64,000 nucleotides of DNA from an uncultured Gemmataceae bacterium (GTDB taxonomy: Bacteria; Planctomycetota; Planctomycetia; Gemmatales; Gemmataceae), in contig CAVVPN010000011.1 in NCBI GenBank assembly GCA_963750165.1, forward strand, positions 1,984,001-2,048,000. The letters run 5' to 3'. This document shows, piece by piece, positions 41,402 to 52,351 of the stretch. Below the pieces are notes generated by a model. It worked only from the letters and a program-made list of their open reading frames with translations. It was not told the origin of the DNA and made no database searches. The number at the start of each line of letters is the position of its first letter. Within the stretch, counting starts at the first letter, position 1. The position numbers and the translations under genes were made by a program.

Positions 41402-43089
41402 CGCCGATGAAGAAGCTCGGCCACGTCACCGTGGACGGCCACCGGGCCGCGGTCGTCTTCCACGACCTGGCGGACGACCCGCTGTACTTCCGCGTCACGA
41501 TCACCTTCCACAAGCCGCGGTCGGCGCCCCGCATCCAGACCGCTCGCCTGCGGGTGACGCTGATGGAGCGCGACGGCGACCCTGACTACCCGCCCCTGAT
41601 GGGACTGTCGCCGCCGGGGCTGACCCTGCCCGAAAGCGCGGACGGCGACACGGTGACGGTGCGGGCCGACTACGGCTTCGACTCCGGTGACGGCTACGAG
41701 CGCGACATTACGGCGGTCGTCGTGTCCGTGGACGGGCTGCCGAAGGCGTTTTCCACGGAGGACACCGGCGGCCTGCCCGCACGGGTCGTGGCCGCCTGGC
41801 GGAACCTCGGCGCCTACTTCCACCCCAGGGGATACCCCCTCGACAAGGACGAGCCGACGGTGCCCGGCTTCAGCGTCACGCTGTCCCTGCTGGGGTTCAC
41901 ACGGCAGCTGCCGGTGCCGGCGAAGCCGTTCGGGCTGTACTGCTACGACCTGCCTGACGGGTTCCTGGCCAGGCTGCCGGGGCACGACCGGGCCACGGTC
42001 CTGTGGCTGTACACCAACAAGCTGTCGGCCGCCGACCTGAAGCAACTGTCCCGGTTGAAGCAGCTGCGCGTGCTGGCGATCGGCGGCCGACTCGGCGAAA
42101 CGGAGCTGAAGGTGATCGGCGGGCTGACGGGGTTGCGGCGGCTGCAACTGCACGGCGCCCGCGGCACCGTCGATACCCGGCACCTGGGGCTTTTGGCCGC
42201 CCTGAACCGGCTGGAGGCGCTGCACCTGGCGGGCGTCAAGGTCACCAACCGGCAGCTGGCGGCACTGGCGGTGTTCGACCGGCTGCAAACGTTGAGCATA
42301 TCGGAAACGAAGGTCTCCGACGCGGGCCTGGAACACCTGGCCGGGCTGACGCGGTTACGCACGTTGAAACTCTCCTATAACAGCATCCGCGGCCCGGGTC
42401 TGCAGCACCTGGCCGGGCTGACGCAACTGGAGGAACTGTACCTGTCCTGCAGCGGGTTGCGCGGCGGCCTGGAGGGCCTGGCCGGCCTGACGAAGTTACG
42501 TGCGCTGAATCTGAGCGGCTGTCTCCTCCCGGACGAGGAGCTGGCAGGATTGTCCGTATTGACGGGGCTGGAGACCCTGGACCTGACGGGGTCGTCAGCC
42601 ACCGGTGTTGGCCTGAAGGCGCTGGCCGGCCAGTCGCGGCTGCACACGCTGAAGCTGGGCGAGGGCAAAATCAGCGACGCGGGCTGTCAGGAACTGGCCG
42701 GCCTGACGGGGCTGCGGGTGTTGAATCTCGAATACTCCGGCGTCGGTGACGAGGGGCTGAAGGGAGTGGCCGGGTTAACGGAATTGCGCGCCCTGTTCCT
42801 GGACCGCACGCAGGTGACGGGCGCCGGCCTGAAGCACCTGGTCGGACTCAAGGAACTCCGCGAGCTGCACCTGTCCGAGACGCAGGTGGACGACGCCGGC
42901 ATGAAGTACCTGGCGAAGCTCGTGAACCTGCGCCGACTGAGCCTTTACCACACCTCGGTCACGGACGCAGGCCTGCGGCGCCTGACCGCGCTCCGGCAAC
43001 TGGAATTCCTGAGCATGGAAACCAACCACGTCACCAGGGCCAGCATCAAACGGCTGCGCCGGGCATTGCCGTGGACCTACCTCCGGTGA
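41398..43089 (+). CDS. Leucine-rich repeat protein
   Basis: About 14 repeats of 24 aa, of the LxxLxxLxLSxTxVxDAGL type. Confidence 0.9.
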   Translation: MTPMKKLGHVTVDGHRAAVVFHDLADDPLYFRVTITFHKPRSAPRIQTARLRVTLMERDGDPDYPPLMGLSPPGLTLPESADGDTVTVRADYGFDSGDGYERDITAVVVSVDGLPKAFSTEDTGGLPARVVAAWRNLGAYFHPRGYPLDKDEPTVPGFSVTLSLLGFTRQLPVPAKPFGLYCYDLPDGFLARLPGHDRATVLWLYTNKLSAADLKQLSRLKQLRVLAIGGRLGETELKVIGGLTGLRRLQLHGARGTVDTRHLGLLAALNRLEALHLAGVKVTNRQLAALAVFDRLQTLSISETKVSDAGLEHLAGLTRLRTLKLSYNSIRGPGLQHLAGLTQLEELYLSCSGLRGGLEGLAGLTKLRALNLSGCLLPDEELAGLSVLTGLETLDLTGSSATGVGLKALAGQSRLHTLKLGEGKISDAGCQELAGLTGLRVLNLEYSGVGDEGLKGVAGLTELRALFLDRTQVTGAGLKHLVGLKELRELHLSETQVDDAGMKYLAKLVNLRRLSLYHTSVTDAGLRRLTALRQLEFLSMETNHVTRASIKRLRRALPWTYLR

Positions 43090-43106
43090 GGACCGGCCGC
43101 ACCGCG

Positions 43107-44004
43107 TCAGAAGCGCCCCTGCCGCTTCAACAGGTACTCCATCAGCGCCCGGTCGAAGTTGACGCTGGTGTCCATCGGCACATAGTCGATGCGTGCCTTG
43201 GCGCACTCCTGGCGGTAGAACTCCCGGAACGTCCCCAGCGCCTCCAGGTAATCCGGCCGCATGGCCCTGGCGTCCAGCGTCATCTTCTGGTCCGCCTCCA
43301 CGTCCTTGAACTCGACGATGCCCTCGAACGGGAAGTGGACCTCCGCCTCGTCGAGGATGTGGAAGAGGATGATGTCGTTGCCGCGGTGGCGCAGGTGGTG
43401 CAGGCTCTGGATCAGCGGCGCCGGTTCGGTGAGCAGGTCGCTGAAGACCATGATGAGGCTCTTGCTGCGGATCATCGACGCCAGCTGGTGCAGACCGCCG
43501 GCCACGTCGGTCGGCGCCGGCTGGCTTCAGGTTCGCCAGCACCGCCAGCATGGTGCCCAGCTGCGTCCGCTTGCTGCGCGGCGGCAGGCAGGTGCGGATG
43601 CGCGTGTCGAACGTCACCAGGCCGACCGGATCCTGCTGGTGGATCATCAGGTAGCCCAGCGCCGCCGCCAGGCAAATGGCGTACTCGAACTTCGTCAGCT
43701 TCTGGCGATACGTGTAGGCCATCGAGGCGCTCAGGTCCATCGCCAGGTAGCCGGTGACGTTCGTTTCCGCCTGGAACTTTTTGAGATAATACTTGTCGGT
43801 CTTGGCGTAGATGTTCCAGTCGAGGTCCTTGAGGTCGTCGCCGTGGACGTACTTGCGGTGCTCGCTGAACTCGACGGAGAAGCCCTGGAATGGGCTGGCG
43901 TGCAGGCCGGCCAGGAAGCCCTCGACGATGAACTTGGCGCGCAGGTCAAGACGGGCGACCTGGCGGATGACCTCGGGCTTGAGATATTGTTCAGGGTTGC
44001 TCAT
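43107..44004 (-). CDS. DUF58 domain protein, frameshift near 43520
   Basis: GLHASPFQGFSVEFSEHRKY, DLSASM, then VFSDLL in the second frame. Confidence 0.9.
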
Positions 44005-44450
44005 GTCGCCTCCGCCACCAGCAGTTTGCCGTCCGCCGCGTGAAAGCCGCTGATGTCCGCCTGGTAAATGCCGTCCGTCTGCCGCGCCAGCCAGCGGCAC
44101 AGGTCCAGACAGACGCCGGCCAGCGTCAGCGCCGGCGGCGCGTGCAGGCAGAACAGCTGCGCACTCTGAATCACGCGCTGCATCAGCGCGGCGCTGTGCG
44201 GGTTGGTGTCCTGCACTTCCAGCCACGCCGCCCAGGTGTTCAGCTGCGCCCGGATGCCGGTTTCCGTCGCCCAGTACTGGTCCAGCTCCGCGGGCTGCTC
44301 GGCGCCGGGCGCGAACAATTCGACGCGGAACCAGCCCTGCTCGTCGCCGTGGAAGGCGCAGCGCAACTGCGGAGCGAGGTGCTGCACCTGCTCCTGCAGT
44401 GCCGCCGCAGCCAGCGGCTCGGGGCTCAGACTGAAGACGCGACACCACAT
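44001..44450 (-). CDS. Hypothetical protein in the moxR-DUF58 operon
   Basis: MWCRVFSLS...QTDGIYQADISGFHAADG; the stop overlaps the DUF58 ATG. Confidence 0.75.
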   Translation of the reverse strand: MWCRVFSLSPEPLAAAALQEQVQHLAPQLRCAFHGDEQGWFRVELFAPGAEQPAELDQYWATETGIRAQLNTWAAWLEVQDTNPHSAALMQRVIQSAQLFCLHAPPALTLAGVCLDLCRWLARQTDGIYQADISGFHAADGKLLVAEAT

Positions 44451-44456
44451 TCGATT

Positions 44457-44968
44457 CACCACAAAGACACAAAGAGCACAAAGGAAAAGGCAGAGGAAGA
44501 GAAAGAAGTTAGCCGTGGACGAGCCGCCGGATACCGTTCCGCAACACTGGGACGTTGAAATTTAATAACAACCCCAACCAGTGGCCCGAGAGCCGCAGAT
44601 AGGTGAGCAACTGGGCATCGTGGATGCGCTCCAACTTGTCCACCGACTTCAATTCAAGCACCACGAGTTCGCCCACCACAATGTCCATGCGGTAGGCACA
44701 ATCGAGATCCAACCCTTTGTAGAACACCGGCAGACGCACCTCCGGTTCAAAGGCAATCCCGCGCAATTTCAATTCGTGTTCCAGACATTTCTGGTAAGCC
44801 GACTCAAACAACCCCGGCCCCAGGTGCCGATGAACTTCGATGGCCGCGCCGATCACCAGTTCAGACAGTTCATCCGCTCTGGCTTTATCCTCGGGGCGAT
44901 GACTCATTGCTATCTCCCTCCTTTCTTCCTCTGCCTTTTCCTTTGTGCATCTTTGTGTCTTTGTGGTG
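44457..44968. mobile_element. 512-bp GxxExxY cassette bounded by 44/45-bp inverted repeats
   Basis: Arms 44457-44500 and 44924-44968 (CACCACAAAGACACAAAGA(T)GCACAAAGGAAAAGGCAGAGGAAGA) match except for a 1-nt indel; interior is lower in GC. Confidence 0.8.
44509..44907 (-). CDS. GxxExxY protein (PD-(D/E)XK nuclease-fold family)
   Basis: IGAAIEVHRHLGPGLFESAY, RMDIVV...LELK, HDAQLLTYL, GLLLNF. Confidence 0.95.
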   Translation of the reverse strand: MSHRPEDKARADELSELVIGAAIEVHRHLGPGLFESAYQKCLEHELKLRGIAFEPEVRLPVFYKGLDLDCAYRMDIVVGELVVLELKSVDKLERIHDAQLLTYLRLSGHWLGLLLNFNVPVLRNGIRRLVHG

Positions 44969-45988
<1,020 letters not shown>

Positions 45989-46157
45989 CGTGGCAATTCC
46001 TTGTAAGGAGAGGGCGACCTGTCCTCGGCTCATTGTAGCAGGCCACGCGGCTTTCTCCCTCCCTCTGAAACTGAACAGGCGGGTTGCGTTTCCGCGCGGT
46101 GGCTCCTATAGTGGCTGGCGTGTTGACCAGCAAGCTGCGCTAATGACAGGCGAACGT

Positions 46158-46469
46158 ATGAAAAGCCGCAAACAACGCTTTGAAGAAATGCTGACCGATG
46201 CCCCCGACGACGCCGAGCTGCGCTACGGCCTGGCGATGGAGTACGTCGGCGAGGGCGACGACGCCGGAGCGGTGCGCTGCTTCGAGGAGATCATGCGCCG
46301 CAACCCAAACTATCCGCCGGCGTATCACATGGCCGGCCGGGCGCTGCTGCGCCTGAGCCGCCTCGAGGACGCGCGCCGGGTGCTGGAGCGCGGCATTCAG
46401 GTGGCACAGCAGCAGCGCGACTCGCACGCCGCGGGCGAGATGCAGGAACTACTGGACAATCTGGAGTAA
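46158..46469 (+). CDS. Small TPR protein
   Basis: PDDAELRYGLAMEY...YPPAYHMAGRAL...HAAGEMQELL. Confidence 0.85.
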   Translation: MKSRKQRFEEMLTDAPDDAELRYGLAMEYVGEGDDAGAVRCFEEIMRRNPNYPPAYHMAGRALLRLSRLEDARRVLERGIQVAQQQRDSHAAGEMQELLDNLE

Positions 46470-46473
46470 CGCC

Positions 46474-48813
46474 GTGCGCCAAGCGCTCCCCTGGTTCGCC
46501 GCCGTCCTGACGCTGGCCGCGCTGTGCGCGGCAGACGACGCCAGCGCCGCCGAGAAACCGCTGCCGGCCGCCGCGCCGGAGACGTTCGGCATCGCGCGCG
46601 AGCAGCTGGCGAAGATCGACGCCGTGGTCAACGCCACCATCGCGCGCGGCGCGTTGCCCGGGGCGGTGGTTGTCGTCGTCCACCGCGGCCGGGTCATCTT
46701 CCGCAAGGCGTACGGCGCGCGCAGCCTACAACCGCAGAAGACGGCCATGACCCCGGAGATCGTCTTCGACCTGGCCTCGCTGACGAAGCCAATCGCGACG
46801 GCCACGTCAATTCTGTTGCTGGTGGAGCAGGGCAAACTCAAGCTGACCTATCCGGTCAGCCGATATGTGCCGGCGTTCAAGCGCAAGGAGACGGAAGGCA
46901 TCACCGTCGCGCACCTGCTGCTGCACACCAGCGGCCTGATCGCCGACAACGCCCTGGCGGACTACCGCGCTGGCCGCGACCAGGCATGGGAGCGTATCGG
47001 TCAGCTGCAGCCAACCGCGGCGCCCGGCACGCGCTTCACCTACAGCGACATGGGCTACATCCTGCTGGGCAAAATCGTCGAGCAGGTGAGCGGCCTGTCA
47101 CTGGACGAGTTCGCCCGCAAGCATGTGTTCGCGCCGCTGGGCATGAACGAGACAACGTTCCGGCCGCAGGGCGAACTGAAGCGCCGGGCGGCGCCGACGG
47201 AGCAGCGCGAAGGCCGCTGGATGCAGGGCGAGGTCCACGACCCGCGCAGTTACCTCCTCGGCGGCGTCACCGGCCACGCGGGCCTGTTCTCGACGGCGGA
47301 CGACCTGGCGGTGTATGCGCAGATGCTGCTGAACAGCGGCGCGTACGCCGGCAAGCGCGTGCTGAAGGCCGAGACGATCCGGTTAATGACTGCGCCGCAG
47401 AAGGTGCCGCAGGCGAAGAAAGGGAGCGGCCTGCGCACCTACGGCTGGGACATGGTGACGGCTTATTCGAGCAACCGCGGCGAGTTGTTCCCGAAGGGCG
47501 AGAGCTTCGGCCACACCGGCTTCACCGGCACCTCGATCTGGATCGACCCGCGCAGCCAGAGTGCGGTGATTTTCCTGAGCAACCGCGTCCACCCGGCCGG
47601 CAAGGGCAATGTGACGAAGCTGCGCAGCCAGGTGGCGACGCTGGCGGCGCGGGCGATTTTGCAGGTGAATGCTGACGAACCAGCGCCGGTGCTGACCGGC
47701 CTGGACGTGCTGGTACGCGACCAGTTCGCGGCGCTGAAGGGCCGCAAGGTCGGGCTGGTGACGAACCACACCGGCATCGACCGCCAGGGCCGGGCCGCCA
47801 TCGACCTGCTGCACCAGGCGCCGGGCGTGCAACTGCTGACGCTGTTCAGTCCGGAGCACGGCATCCGCGGCGCCCTCGACGCCCAGGTGCCCGACGGCAA
47901 GGACGACAAAACCGGCCTGCCGATCTACAGCCTCTACGGCAAGCGCCGGAAGCCGGACGCCGCGTCGCTGAAGGGCCTGGACACGCTGGTCTTTGACATT
48001 CAGGACGCCGGTTGTCGCTTTTACACGTACATCAGCACGCTGGGCCTGGTGCTGGAGGCGTCGGCAGAGCACAAGCTCAAGGTGGTGGTGCTGGACCGGC
48101 CGAACCCGCTGGGCGGCGTCGCGGTCGAGGGGCCGGTGCTCGACGCCGGCCGCGAGTCGTTCGTGGCCCACCATCGGTTGCCGATCCGTCACGGCATGAC
48201 CGTCGGCGAGCTGGCGCTGCTGTTCAACAAGGAACGCAAGCTGAACGCAGACGTGCAGGTCATCAAGATGGAAGGCTGGCGGCGCAGCGACTTCTACGAC
48301 CGCACGAACCTGACGTGGGTGAATCCGTCGCCGAACCTGCGCGGGCTGAGCGCGGCACTGCTATACCCGGGCGTCGGCATCCTGGAGACGACGAACGTGA
48401 GCGTCGGCCGCGGCACGGAGAAGCCGTTCGAGTGGTTCGGGGCGCCATGGCTGGACGGCCCGCGCGTCACCGCGGCGCTGCAGCGCGAGCAGCTGCTGGG
48501 CATCCGTTTCGTGCCGATGCAGCTGACGCCGAAGTCGAGCGTCCACGCGGGTAAACTGTGCGGCGGCGTCAATCTGATCGTCGATGATTGGAGGGCGTTC
48601 CAACCAGTGCGGACGGGTCTGGCGCTGGCGGCGACGCTGCGGAAGCTGTACCCGCAGGCGTGGAAGGCGGAGCGCTACGACGTGCTGCTGGGCCACAAGG
48701 CGACGTTTTTGGGCTTGCTGCGCGGCGACGACTGGCGTGCGCTGGAACAGGCGTGGCAGCCGGGGCTGGAGGCGTTTCTGCAGGTGCGGCGGGGGTATTT
48801 GCTGTACGAGTGA
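46474..48813 (+). CDS. Serine hydrolase (beta-lactamase fold) fused to NamZ/DUF1343 exo-beta-N-acetylmuramidase domain
   Basis: ASLTK, YSD and GHTGFTG; then VGLVTNHTG, FSPEHG, DIQDAGCRFYTY, DRPNP and PSPN. Confidence 0.9.
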   Translation: MRQALPWFAAVLTLAALCAADDASAAEKPLPAAAPETFGIAREQLAKIDAVVNATIARGALPGAVVVVVHRGRVIFRKAYGARSLQPQKTAMTPEIVFDLASLTKPIATATSILLLVEQGKLKLTYPVSRYVPAFKRKETEGITVAHLLLHTSGLIADNALADYRAGRDQAWERIGQLQPTAAPGTRFTYSDMGYILLGKIVEQVSGLSLDEFARKHVFAPLGMNETTFRPQGELKRRAAPTEQREGRWMQGEVHDPRSYLLGGVTGHAGLFSTADDLAVYAQMLLNSGAYAGKRVLKAETIRLMTAPQKVPQAKKGSGLRTYGWDMVTAYSSNRGELFPKGESFGHTGFTGTSIWIDPRSQSAVIFLSNRVHPAGKGNVTKLRSQVATLAARAILQVNADEPAPVLTGLDVLVRDQFAALKGRKVGLVTNHTGIDRQGRAAIDLLHQAPGVQLLTLFSPEHGIRGALDAQVPDGKDDKTGLPIYSLYGKRRKPDAASLKGLDTLVFDIQDAGCRFYTYISTLGLVLEASAEHKLKVVVLDRPNPLGGVAVEGPVLDAGRESFVAHHRLPIRHGMTVGELALLFNKERKLNADVQVIKMEGWRRSDFYDRTNLTWVNPSPNLRGLSAALLYPGVGILETTNVSVGRGTEKPFEWFGAPWLDGPRVTAALQREQLLGIRFVPMQLTPKSSVHAGKLCGGVNLIVDDWRAFQPVRTGLALAATLRKLYPQAWKAERYDVLLGHKATFLGLLRGDDWRALEQAWQPGLEAFLQVRRGYLLYE

Positions 48814-48822
48814 CGCCTCATG

Positions 48823-49160
48823 TCAGGAGGGCTGCTGGTCTCCATTTTGAGGCTCCTCGGTTTCTGGCCTCTGATTGCCAACATTCCCTGGGAGGCCAGA
48901 GCTGGCTTCATCTGGGCCAGCCGAGGTTGTCTGGTTCGCCAGAGCGATAAGCGATACCAGAAGGGATTTCACTTGATCTGAGCGAAGCGCTTCTCTCAGA
49001 ATCTTAATTAACTCATCGTCAGAGGCGGCTTCGTTTTTCGGTTTTTTGGGAGAATCAAGCACGATCGTGTATTGTTCGATGTACTTCTCCCCAGCCGACT
49101 TTTCAAACACTTTGGCATCAACAATCGCAGGGTAAACAAGATCACTGCGATGCCTGGCGC
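48823..49160 (-). pseudogene. Low-GC C-terminal fragment of a hypothetical gene
   Basis: Open frame ...VYPAIVDAK...ASDDELIKILREALRSDQVKSLLVSLIA with AT-rich codons and no credible start. Confidence 0.5.
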
Positions 49161-49213
49161 GGTTCGCAGTTGCGTGGACCACGAACGGCAGGCCGGCGCT
49201 GCCAGGCGCCGAT

Positions 49214-49370
49214 TCTCGACGTGTGAAAAAGTTGGCGTTCTTGGCGTCCTTGCTGTGGCAACCGCCGCCGTTGGTTGTTGAGTCGTGCCACCTGCACGGG
49301 GCCAGGGCGCCAAATCTCGACGTATGAAAAAGTTGGCCCCCTTGGCCTCCTTGGCCCCCTTGCTGTGGCA
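49214..49370 (+). repeat. One-armed repeat family copies 2 and 3 (101 bp apart)
   Basis: 49214-49260 (2 units) and 49315-49370 (3 units), each TCTCGACGTRTGAAAAAG(TTGGCnnnn)nTTGCTGTGGCA. Confidence 0.9.
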
Positions 49371-49494
49371 GAGCAGGCCGCTGGTGGTCAGCCCGTGCCC
49401 GCCCACTCGTGTGCAAACCGTGCGTGAACCGCTCCAGGCAACGTTCCAAAAAAGAAACGAGATCATCCTTCCTCTTTCGATCGGCCATTCTACC

Positions 49495-50610
49495 TCACCC
49501 CAGCACGCTCTGCGCGAACACCTGCGCCACGGCCATGCTCTCGCGGAACACCGGGTCGCGTTCACGATCGGACAGCTGGCGTCCAACCAACTCCGCCAAA
49601 TGCTGCGGCGGTGCCGTCACCGTCCGCGGCGCCCCGGCCACGCCCTCCAGGTGCGCCGATAGCCGTTTCTCATCCTCGACGACGACGTTGACTGCCGCCG
49701 GCTTGCCGTCCAGCGTACACGCCACGCGCACGTGCCGCACGTCGGACGGGCCCTCCGGCAGCCGGTGGATGCGCACCCGCAACGGCCCGTGCGGCGCCGT
49801 CACCTGCCAGAAGAATTCCACGCCCGGCTGCGTGTGGCCGCGCTGCACGTGCCAGTCCAGCCGCGACGCCAGCCAGCTCACCAGCTCCCACGCTTGCACC
49901 ACCGCGTGCGGCCCGTGCTCGACCAGTACCTCGGTGATCGATTGCAGCGCTCCCGGGGCGGTGTTCGGGTCCAGGGCCTGACCCAGCAACCGCCGCCAGT
50001 ATTTCAGCCGTCGCCAGTTCAAATCCGACACCACGCGCCAACCGTGGCCGGCGCCGCGCTCGAACCTGTCCAACCACGCCGCCGTCGCCGCCACGCCGCG
50101 CGCCGGCTCGCGCCAGCCGTTGCTGTCGAAGATCACCTGCTGCGCCGGCTGGGCCAGGTCGTAGGCCAGCTGCCCGGCCAGCGGCGGCGGCAGCGGCGCC
50201 AGCCACCACAGGTTCGTCGGCAGGTCGCCGATCAACAGTTCGCGCACCGCGAACGCCAATCGGCCGCCCAGGTAGCCGCGCGAGCGCAGCGTCACCAGTT
50301 CCGAACCAACGCCGCGGCCCCCGAGCTGCTGGCACAGCACCTTCGCCGTGGCCGACACCGGCTCCAGCTCGCCGCGCTCCGCCAGCAACAGCAGCACCCG
50401 CGCCGGGTGAGCGGCGATGACCTCGGGCAGCGCCGCCTCCAACTGCGTCACCTGCGCAGCGTCGTTGCAGTAGACGATCAGGTTCGCCATGTGCGCCTTG
50501 ATCAGCGGCGCCGCGCCGGCGGCGCGGCCGGCGTTCATCTGCCGATTCAGCTCGGCCTCGACGCGGTTCAGCGGGATACTGTCCGGCGGTGGCACATATT
50601 CCTCGTCCAT
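49495..50610 (-). CDS. opcA: Glucose-6-phosphate dehydrogenase assembly protein OpcA
   Basis: AHPARVLLL, LLIGDLPTNLWW, IFDS, SDLNWRRLKYWR; TGATG-coupled to zwf. Confidence 0.88.
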   Translation of the reverse strand: MDEEYVPPPDSIPLNRVEAELNRQMNAGRAAGAAPLIKAHMANLIVYCNDAAQVTQLEAALPEVIAAHPARVLLLLAERGELEPVSATAKVLCQQLGGRGVGSELVTLRSRGYLGGRLAFAVRELLIGDLPTNLWWLAPLPPPLAGQLAYDLAQPAQQVIFDSNGWREPARGVAATAAWLDRFERGAGHGWRVVSDLNWRRLKYWRRLLGQALDPNTAPGALQSITEVLVEHGPHAVVQAWELVSWLASRLDWHVQRGHTQPGVEFFWQVTAPHGPLRVRIHRLPEGPSDVRHVRVACTLDGKPAAVNVVVEDEKRLSAHLEGVAGAPRTVTAPPQHLAELVGRQLSDRERDPVFRESMAVAQVFAQSVLG

Positions 50611-52188
50611 CACAGCGTCCTCCACGCCCGGCCGTCCGTTTCGATGAGGCGGTCGGCTTCCAGCGGCCCCCAGGTGCCGGCCCGGTACTCCGGCAGAAAG
50701 CGCACGTGCGACCGTTCCCACTCTTGTAGAATCGGCGTCACCCACTGCCAGGCCACCTCCACGGCGTCGCGGCGCATGAACAGCGTGGCATCGCCGGCCA
50801 TCACGTCCAGCAGCAGCCGCTCGTACGCCTCCGGCGAACTGCCGCCGAAGCTGGAGCTATAATTGAACTCCATTTTCACCGGATAAATGCGCACCTTCGG
50901 CCCCGGCAGCTTGGAAGCGATGCGCAGCGACAGGCCCTCCTCCGGCTGCACGCGCAGCGACAGCACGGTCGGCTCCAGCGGCACATCGGGGTGGTCGTTG
51001 AACAAAATCTGCGGCACCTCCTTGAACTGGATGGCGACCTCGCTGGCGCACCTGGGCAGGCGCTTGCCGGTGCGCAGGTAGAACGGCACGCCCGCCCAGC
51101 GCCAGTTGTCCACGAACAGCCGCAGGGCGATGAACGTTTCGGTGGTGGAGTCGGGCGGGATCGGCTTGTTGCGGGCGGCGAAGAAGTCGCTGACCTCGCG
51201 GCGGTAGCCGGGCACCTCCTTGCCGTTGATCTCGCCGGCGATGTACTGGGCGCGCACCACGAACCTGTCCACGTCCGCCGGCGTCATGGGCCGCAGGCAG
51301 TTGAGCACGCCGATTTTGCCGTCGCGCACCACGTCGGCGTTGAGCGACCACGGCGGCTCCATCGCCACCAGGCACAGCACCTGCAGCAAATGGTTCTGCA
51401 CCATGTCGCGCAAGACGCCAATGCCCTCGAAGTAGCCGATGCGGTTGCCGACGCCCTCCTCCTCCGCGACGGTGATCTGTACATGGTCGATATACTTGGC
51501 GTTCCACAGTGGCTCGAAAATGCTGTTGGCGAAGCGGACCACCATCAGGTTTTGCACCGTCTCCTTGCCAAGGTAGTGGTCGATGCGGTAAATCTGCTGC
51601 TCGGCGAACGCCTGGGACAGCGAGGCGTTCACCTGTTTGGCGCTCTCCAGGTCGCGGCCGATGGGCTTTTCGACGATGACACGCGTGAAGGCGGGGTCGT
51701 CGGGCGACCGCACCAGACCGTTCCGTTTCAGGTGCAGCACCGACACGTCCACCAGGCTCGGCGGGATCGACAGGTAAAAGACACGGTTGCCGGGGATGCC
51801 GAACTGGTGATCGACCATCTCGAGCTTGGTTTGCAGTTCGGCGTAAGCGCGGGACTCGTTGAAGCTGCCCTCGACGTAGAACAGGGCGCGGGCGAAGTCG
51901 GCCCAGTGGCTCTCGTTGAGCGGTTGCCGTGAGAAGTGCTCGATGCCGTCTTTGGCCCGCGCGGATCCACTCATCGGGCTCGCCCTGCGAGCCGATACCG
52001 AAGCCGACGACCGCGAAGTTGGCGGGCAGCACGCCATCGAGGTTGAGGTTGTACAGCGCCGGCAGCAGCTTGCGCCAGGACAGGTCGCCGGCGGCGCCAA
52101 AGATGACAAGCACGCACGGCTGCGGCAGCAGCGCCTGGGCGGTGCCGGCGGTTAACGGATTCTCGTGTTGCAGGGTGGCCGTCGCCAT
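50610..52188 (-). CDS. zwf: Glucose-6-phosphate 1-dehydrogenase, frameshift near 51960
   Basis: [18 protein letters not shown] in one frame; [25 protein letters not shown] and [13 protein letters not shown] in the next. Confidence 0.93.
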
Positions 52189-52213
52189 CAAATGATCTCC
52201 AGGTGTTCTATTT

Positions 52214-52342
52214 TTAGCCACAGAGGACACAGAGGACACAGAGAGAAAAACAGAGGAAAAACTAATTGAATCAACCGTCTTGCTGACTTTTTCAATTCCT
52301 TCTCTTTTTTCTCTCTGTGTCCTCTGTGTCCTCTGTGGCTAA
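52214..52342. mobile_element. Gene-less 9-bp-unit hairpin element (CACAGAGGA units)
   Basis: Perfect 37-bp arms 52214-52250 and 52306-52342 (TTAGCCACAGAGGACACAGAGGACACAGAGAGAAAAA) around an AT-rich loop. Confidence 0.8.
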
Positions 52343-52351
52343 TTCTTGTTA

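Noticed and set aside
49214..49370. CRISPR array
   Set aside because: Only two variable-length repeats with internal 9-bp units, and no cas genes.
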